NCBI GenBank assembly: GCA_028866935.1
Contig: JAGWHH010000001.1
Coordinates: 1 to 51,624 of the forward strand
Source: Candidatus Micrarchaeota archaeon
GTDB lineage: Archaea; Micrarchaeota; Micrarchaeia; Micrarchaeales; CABMGC01
Direction: 5' to 3'
Length of the DNA: 51,624 nt
Part shown: one piece after another, positions 46,480-51,624 of the stretch
Position numbering within the stretch: position 1 is the first letter of the stretch
How the letters are laid out: each line of letters begins with the position of its first letter
Made by a program: the position numbers and the translations under genes
Notes under the pieces: generated by a model
The model's input: only the letters and a program-made list of their open reading frames with translations
Told to the model about the DNA's origin: nothing
Databases searched by the model: none

Positions 46480-47415
46480 TCAGTTTTTCTTATCAAGGTA
46501 CTCTTTGAGCTCTGAAAGACCCTTATCAAGGCTGTACTTGGGTGAATAACCAAGCGCCTTCTTTATCTTGCTTATGTCCGCTATACGGCTAGGGCTGTCG
46601 CCCTGCCTCTTTGCAGCCTTTTCAACCTTGGCCTTTTTGCCTACAGCGACCTCTATCCTTCTAAGCAGCTCATTTGTAGATGTTCCACTCCCTGTGCCCA
46701 CGTTAAATTCGCCTGATACTCCTTCCCTAAGCCCTAGAACAACTGCCTGGGCTATGTCCTTGACATAAATATAATCCCTTTTGTCTTCCCCGCTTCCGAA
46801 GACAGTAACTTCTTTTCCATTCATTACATTCAGCATGAAGTTTGTCACTGCGCCTCCGTACGTGCTGTTCTCCCTTCTTGGGCCGTAAACATTAAAGAAC
46901 CTGAAACACACGCACTCCATCCCATAAACCGCAGTGAACGTCCTGCAGTATATCTCAGAGCACACTTTTGTCGCGCCGTAAGGCGAAACTGGACCGTACG
47001 GCGCAGTTTCAGATATTATTCCAGTCACTCCGGCGTCGTAGACTGCTCCAGATGATGCAAAAATAAATTTCTTTATCTTGTTTTTGGACGCAGCTGTAAG
47101 CAGATTAAGATTTCCAGTAAGGTTTACTTCGTGGTACAGGATCGGATTCTCAACTGACTTTGCAAGGTCCCCCTTTCCGACCATATTGATTATGGCATCT
47201 ACTCCATTCACTGCCTTATCTACGGTATTCTTATCGAGTATGCTCCCTTGAACAAACTCAAAATAATCCTTGCCGATGTGCTGACTTATGTTGTCCTTCT
47301 TGCCTGACGAGAGATCGTCTACTACCCTAACCTTATAGCCCGATTCTACAAGCATGTCAACGATACAGCTGCCTATAAACCCCGCTCCTCCTGCCACAAG
47401 TATTTTTTGCGTCAT
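46480..47415 (-). CDS. NDP-sugar epimerase (GalE-like)
   Basis: GGAGFIGS, DDLSSG, SPYGATK, RFFNVYGPR, RDYIYV.D. Confidence 0.9.
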   Translation of the reverse strand: MTQKILVAGGAGFIGSCIVDMLVESGYKVRVVDDLSSGKKDNISQHIGKDYFEFVQGSILDKNTVDKAVNGVDAIINMVGKGDLAKSVENPILYHEVNLTGNLNLLTAASKNKIKKFIFASSGAVYDAGVTGIISETAPYGPVSPYGATKVCSEIYCRTFTAVYGMECVCFRFFNVYGPRRENSTYGGAVTNFMLNVMNGKEVTVFGSGEDKRDYIYVKDIAQAVVLGLREGVSGEFNVGTGSGTSTNELLRRIEVAVGKKAKVEKAAKRQGDSPSRIADISKIKKALGYSPKYSLDKGLSELKEYLDKKN

Positions 47416-47424
47416 GATATCAGA

Positions 47425-48789
47425 TCAAAATATAATTTTTTTCAGGTTCTCAATGGTCTGGTCAAGCTTTGCCTTTCCTTTTGCCTCAACGCTTACTCTT
47501 ATGACTGGCTCAGTACCGCTCTTCCTGACTATGAACCAGAAGTCCTTCCCAACTATCTTTACTCCATCACGGTCAGTATTCACTACCTTTCCGCTGTTCA
47601 TGTATTTCTCATTGACTTTGGAAAGAATATCATCAACGTTCATGCCGTTTGCTATGGGTATCTTTATCTTTTCAGAATTGTATTTTGGCAGCATGTCAAA
47701 AAGCTCTGCCGAGCTCTTCTTCTGCGACGCCAAGAAGTCAAGCATGAGTGCAAACGCCATTGCTCCGTCTCTCACATACTGGTGCTTAGGATAAATGAAG
47801 CCACCGTTATCCTCAAACCCGGCAAAGCCTCCATTTTCAATGAGCTTTCGCGAAACGTGTATGCTGCCTATGTGGGTCCATTCCGTTTTTATCCCGTGTT
47901 TTTCAAGAAACTCGTCAACGAGGTTTGAGCTTGAAAACGGAGTTGCTACAATTTTTGACCTTGGTTTTTCTTTCAATGAGACCCAGTATGCCAAAAGCAC
48001 GCCGCTTCTGTCACCAAGCTGGACTTTTCCATCAGAATCAATGAATATTGCCCTGTCAGCATCGCCATCGTGCGCAACCGCAATGTCAACTTTTAGCCTT
48101 GTTGCCAGCTCAGCGGTCTTCTTCAGGCTCATCGGAGTGGGCTCGGGGAGCCTTTGCCTGAAAAGAGGGTCAAGTTCTGTTCCGATTTCATGAAGTTCGC
48201 AGCCCAGCTCCCTGGCCACTTTTACGCTAGTGAGTGATCCTACGCTGCTTCCGCCATCAACAAGAACCCTGAATCTCCTTTCACGTATCCTTTTCACATC
48301 AACGTGCCTGAGTATGCCCTTTACGTACTGGTCGATAAGGCCGGGCACCTCTTTTACATCGTGTCCCAGATCTCTCCATTCAACCTCCCTGAACTTTCTG
48401 CTAAAGTAGTATTCCTCAATCATCTCCTCATTCAGGCTGCTAGTCTCAACACCATCCGCGTCAATTACCTTAATGCCGTTAAACTCTGGCGGATTATGGC
48501 TTGCTGTAACCATCACTCCCCCATCATACTTTCCATTCTTTATGCCATACTGCAATGTTGGTGTTGGAAGTATGCCTGCATAATAAACATCAATCCCTGC
48601 GCTAAGAAGCCCGCTTGTGAGCGCCCTCACGAGCATATCTCCTCCAGCTCTGATATCCCTGCCTACAAGCACCTTGCTTTTTTCATTGAAGTAAGTGCCA
48701 ATTGCCTTGCCCATCCCCAATGCAAGCTCCGCAGTAAGTTCACGGTTTGTGACCCCACGCACTCCATTAGTTCCAAATAGCCTCTTCAA
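47425..48789 (-). CDS. Phosphoglucosamine mutase / PMM-PGM family phosphohexomutase
   Basis: LFGTNGVRG, TASHNP, DGDADR, R.SGTEP; true start probably TTG 48789 (GAGGT SD upstream). Confidence 0.92.
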   Translation of the reverse strand: MKRLFGTNGVRGVTNRELTAELALGMGKAIGTYFNEKSKVLVGRDIRAGGDMLVRALTSGLLSAGIDVYYAGILPTPTLQYGIKNGKYDGGVMVTASHNPPEFNGIKVIDADGVETSSLNEEMIEEYYFSRKFREVEWRDLGHDVKEVPGLIDQYVKGILRHVDVKRIRERRFRVLVDGGSSVGSLTSVKVARELGCELHEIGTELDPLFRQRLPEPTPMSLKKTAELATRLKVDIAVAHDGDADRAIFIDSDGKVQLGDRSGVLLAYWVSLKEKPRSKIVATPFSSSNLVDEFLEKHGIKTEWTHIGSIHVSRKLIENGGFAGFEDNGGFIYPKHQYVRDGAMAFALMLDFLASQKKSSAELFDMLPKYNSEKIKIPIANGMNVDDILSKVNEKYMNSGKVVNTDRDGVKIVGKDFWFIVRKSGTEPVIRVSVEAKGKAKLDQTIENLKKIIF

Positions 48790-48793
48790 TAAA

Positions 48794-50302
48794 TTACCTC
48801 TTAAGCCTAGATCCCTTTGTAAGCTCCTTCTTGTCAATGCCATAAAAGTCGTATATTATAGGAGCTATATCAAGCACGCTTATGTCCTTGTAATCCGCCT
48901 TGGCGCAGTTTGAATAAAGGCCGAATATTCCATATCTTGTATGGTCTCCACGCCTTGCAGGTTCAGGCTCAGCGAATATGCTCTCCTCAGAATGGTTGAA
49001 CACATCAATAGTGTATCCGGCCCCGGCTTCCACAATCATATCCGGCTGTATGAAAAGTTCTGTATCCTTATAGTAGTCCTTTCCAGAATGTAGTCTTGCT
49101 ATTGGCTTGCAGCTGCCATCCTTTAGGTCTTTAAGCCCCATCCCTATCTCCTCCACAAGCCTCCTGCGCCGCTCATCCTCCTTAACTGCAGGCTCATTAA
49201 ATCTAGAATCATTTATCCAGATGTTGCTTACCGGATTGTTAGATAATGAAGCAAATGCCTTTGTGTTCTTCATCGCAAATGTGCGTTTGTTTACAAAGTC
49301 CTCATAATCAGTCTCGACCACGCTTGCGCATATGAACCTTGTGACCATCTTTCTTGATGATGTTTGGATCTGCTCTTTGTACCTATGCTCCTTCAATCCC
49401 TCTGAAGAGGTCTCCTTTTTGGAGAGCGACATATCAACCATAGGCCCTCCTACATTTACGTTTGGGCTTAGTGATGCATATCTGTTATTTATTAGCCAGC
49501 TGTTTAGCAGTATCTTCTTCTTTATCGCCTGCGCACCGTGGTCTGATACGAGCATTATTGCAAAGCCTTCCTTCCTTTTCTGTGCATAACCTATAAGCCA
49601 CTGGATGAACTTGTCTATCTCTTTGTAAAGCGGTGCAACATAGTCTTCCCAGTCATTCCGGTTAAGCGAATAATGCTGTATCCTATCTGCTTCGGTATAG
49701 CATACAAAGACAAGGTCATAATTCTCATTCCCGATAAGGTACTTGCTTACCTCTGACCTCTTCCTTATGCTATCTGCATATCCTGATGAAGCCTTAGCAA
49801 GAGTAATCTTGCCATCTTTCAAGTCCTGCTCTATTTCAGGCTCCCCCTCGAACTTGAACTTCTTTGCTATGTCTTCTATGAACTGGGAGCTGAATTTTGG
49901 CTTAAGGGGAAATCCGGTTATCATGTCTACGTTGCTGCTTCTTGAAGGCTCAGTGACCATTGCCGGTGTAACGATAAGCGCCCTAAGTCCAAAGTCTCCA
50001 AGTATGTCCCAAAATGGCGGGTTTCTTTCGGTATCGTAGAAAGTAAGCTGCTTGCCGTAGTTCTTGTCAAGGCTGAAGAAGTTCATAACTCCATGCCTTC
50101 CAGGCTCTAGGCCCGTGTATATGCTGGGCCATGCGGCCGCGGTTATTGGCGGGAGGGTGGACTCAAGGTCCGCAAGCACTCCCTTCTCAATTACCTTCTC
50201 AAAGCCATGCAGTTTATACTTTTTTGTAAGAGAAGAGACTATGCTGACAGGAGCTGAATCTATGCCTATGAGGTATAATCTCTTCCCTGTTTTTTTAGGC
50301 AA
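48794..50302 (-). CDS. Alkaline phosphatase superfamily (type I phosphodiesterase/NPP-like) protein
   Basis: IGIDSA, STLPPIT..AW.S..TG..PG.HG, D..QH, SDHG, GDH. Confidence 0.88.
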   Translation of the reverse strand: MPKKTGKRLYLIGIDSAPVSIVSSLTKKYKLHGFEKVIEKGVLADLESTLPPITAAAWPSIYTGLEPGRHGVMNFFSLDKNYGKQLTFYDTERNPPFWDILGDFGLRALIVTPAMVTEPSRSSNVDMITGFPLKPKFSSQFIEDIAKKFKFEGEPEIEQDLKDGKITLAKASSGYADSIRKRSEVSKYLIGNENYDLVFVCYTEADRIQHYSLNRNDWEDYVAPLYKEIDKFIQWLIGYAQKRKEGFAIMLVSDHGAQAIKKKILLNSWLINNRYASLSPNVNVGGPMVDMSLSKKETSSEGLKEHRYKEQIQTSSRKMVTRFICASVVETDYEDFVNKRTFAMKNTKAFASLSNNPVSNIWINDSRFNEPAVKEDERRRRLVEEIGMGLKDLKDGSCKPIARLHSGKDYYKDTELFIQPDMIVEAGAGYTIDVFNHSEESIFAEPEPARRGDHTRYGIFGLYSNCAKADYKDISVLDIAPIIYDFYGIDKKELTKGSRLKR

Positions 50303-50319
50303 AAGGACACCACTATATT

Positions 50320-51150
50320 CTATGCAAATACAATACTAGCATATGCAACTACTGATTTATAATCTTTGGTAGCCTCGCCCGAATTCGAGTATTTCAAGAG
50401 CAAACCGCTCCTACCGCCACGCTTTTTTGCAAACAGTCCTGCCACGGTTATTGGTCCGTATCCGCATGCGCTGTCATCGTTCTCAAGTATGGCGCTGTTG
50501 AATTTCTCCATCTCAAGGCCCTCCAGCTGCTTTATCGCCGCCATGTCCTTGATTTCCGCGGTCTGCGCATCTTCATAATGATTGAAGTCACAGCTTGCAA
50601 TGACTGTGATGTTCCTCTTAAGGCTCTGCGCGCTTTGAGCTATTGCGGTTGCAAGCCTTTGTGCATAAGGCAGCGATTGATTTCCCATCGCTATGAAGCA
50701 GCATCTTGGGCGGTCAACAACACTCTGGAGGAATGGCAGCTGAACTTCTATCGAATGCTCAAATTCGTGAGCATCTTCATCTATGCTTATGATATTGGAT
50801 TGCCAAGCCAGCTCATCTGCAAGTTCCACGTCATTTTCAACTATTCCGATGGGCGTCTTCCAGTTTGCTGCGGATACGGACAGCGGCTTCCCATGACCAG
50901 TATGGTTTGGCCCTACGATCACAAAAGTGTCTATTATGTCAAGATCCGGGTTCATTGAAAGTGCCTTGTAGGTATACCCGGCCACGCTCCCAGAATAAGC
51001 ATACCCCGCATGCGGTGCAACGTATGATATGGCTTCACTGGCGGATTCCTTCTCGACTTTAGCATGGCTTATGAAGCGCTCTACCATGCTAGCCAGCTTC
51101 CTCTTATCCTGCATATAAAACTGCCCGGCTACTGCGGGCTCTCTTTCCAT
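50320..51150 (-). CDS. MEMO1 family / AmmeMemoRadiSam system protein B
   Basis: REPAVAGQFY, PHAGY.YSG, GPNH, EHSIEVQLPFLQ, D.NHY, CGYGP, VAYAS. Confidence 0.92.
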   Translation of the reverse strand: MEREPAVAGQFYMQDKRKLASMVERFISHAKVEKESASEAISYVAPHAGYAYSGSVAGYTYKALSMNPDLDIIDTFVIVGPNHTGHGKPLSVSAANWKTPIGIVENDVELADELAWQSNIISIDEDAHEFEHSIEVQLPFLQSVVDRPRCCFIAMGNQSLPYAQRLATAIAQSAQSLKRNITVIASCDFNHYEDAQTAEIKDMAAIKQLEGLEMEKFNSAILENDDSACGYGPITVAGLFAKKRGGRSGLLLKYSNSGEATKDYKSVVAYASIVFA

Positions 51151-51186
51151 GAAAATCCTTTTTAATTTCAACAGCTAAATAACTGC

Positions 51187-51624
51187 ATGAAATATGACCA
51201 TAACTATATAGACACAATCCTAAAAAGGCTAGCAAAAACATACGGTTTCAATCCGCACACCCAGCTTGCGCACCAGAATATAGCTGAACTGTTTGTCTCA
51301 GTGCTCCTCTCGCCTCAGAATACTGACCTTCAGGTAAACAAAACAACCCAAAGGCTATTCAAAAGGTTCAAGACTTTCGATGACTATGCAGGTGTAAACA
51401 CAAGAACGCTGCAAAGCTACCTAAGCAGCCTTAATTTTTACAAAACAAAGGCAAGGAATCTAAAGAAGTCAGCGATTATGATTCAGGAAAGATTTGACGG
51501 AAAGGTACCAAAGACTATTCATGAACTTATGGAACTGCCTGGAGTCGGAAGAAAGGTTGCAAACGTTATACTTAACGAAGGATATGCGATAAACGAAGGG
51601 ATAGCAGTGGACACCCACTGCGGC
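51187..51624 (+). CDS. nth: Endonuclease III (partial, runs off the window; absent from the ORF track)
   Basis: Manual translation: LLSPQNTD..VN, KARNL, LPGVGRKVANVIL, IAVDTH. Confidence 0.9.
   Translation, partial: MKYDHNYIDTILKRLAKTYGFNPHTQLAHQNIAELFVSVLLSPQNTDLQVNKTTQRLFKRFKTFDDYAGVNTRTLQSYLSSLNFYKTKARNLKKSAIMIQERFDGKVPKTIHELMELPGVGRKVANVILNEGYAINEGIAVDTHCG

Noticed and set aside
48790..48843. N-terminal extension of the phosphohexomutase in the ORF track
   Set aside because: It overlaps the upstream gene; family homology begins at KRLFGT, with an SD before TTG 48789

Overview
Archaeal chromosomal segment. The S-layer N-terminus, NAC, Nop5, Hjc, archaeal DnaG, TATA/BRE promoters and many orphans suggest DPANN, probably Micrarchaeota (inference). 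It holds about 50 CDS. Information processing: nop5, rnz, truncated rqc2, truD, nac, hjc, dnaG, thrS, nth. Ether-lipid genes: GGGP synthase and a tetraether synthase (Tes)-type radical SAM with a His/Cys tail and a small partner gene. Surface: a 1004-aa S-layer protein and Cys-rich surface proteins. An ~11 kb sulfur/sugar cluster carries an RHH regulator, cysD, an inserted NUMOD3-Vsr endonuclease, cysN, UDP-sulfoquinovose synthase, a nucleotidyltransferase, GT4, two PNPOx-like flavoproteins, an epimerase, a phosphohexomutase and an AlkP-family enzyme. Features missing from the ORF track: tRNA-Val(GAC); a tRNA-Ser(CGA) with two non-canonical BHB introns, whose 3' end (with the T-loop intron) is duplicated 1 kb away around a triple-HTH gene; a free palindromic repeat resembling that intron; a structured leader upstream of dnaG; and an ~530-nt non-coding block with RNase P-like topology. 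No CRISPR, rRNA, integrase or transposase was seen. All calls come from reading motifs by eye; no database searches were run.
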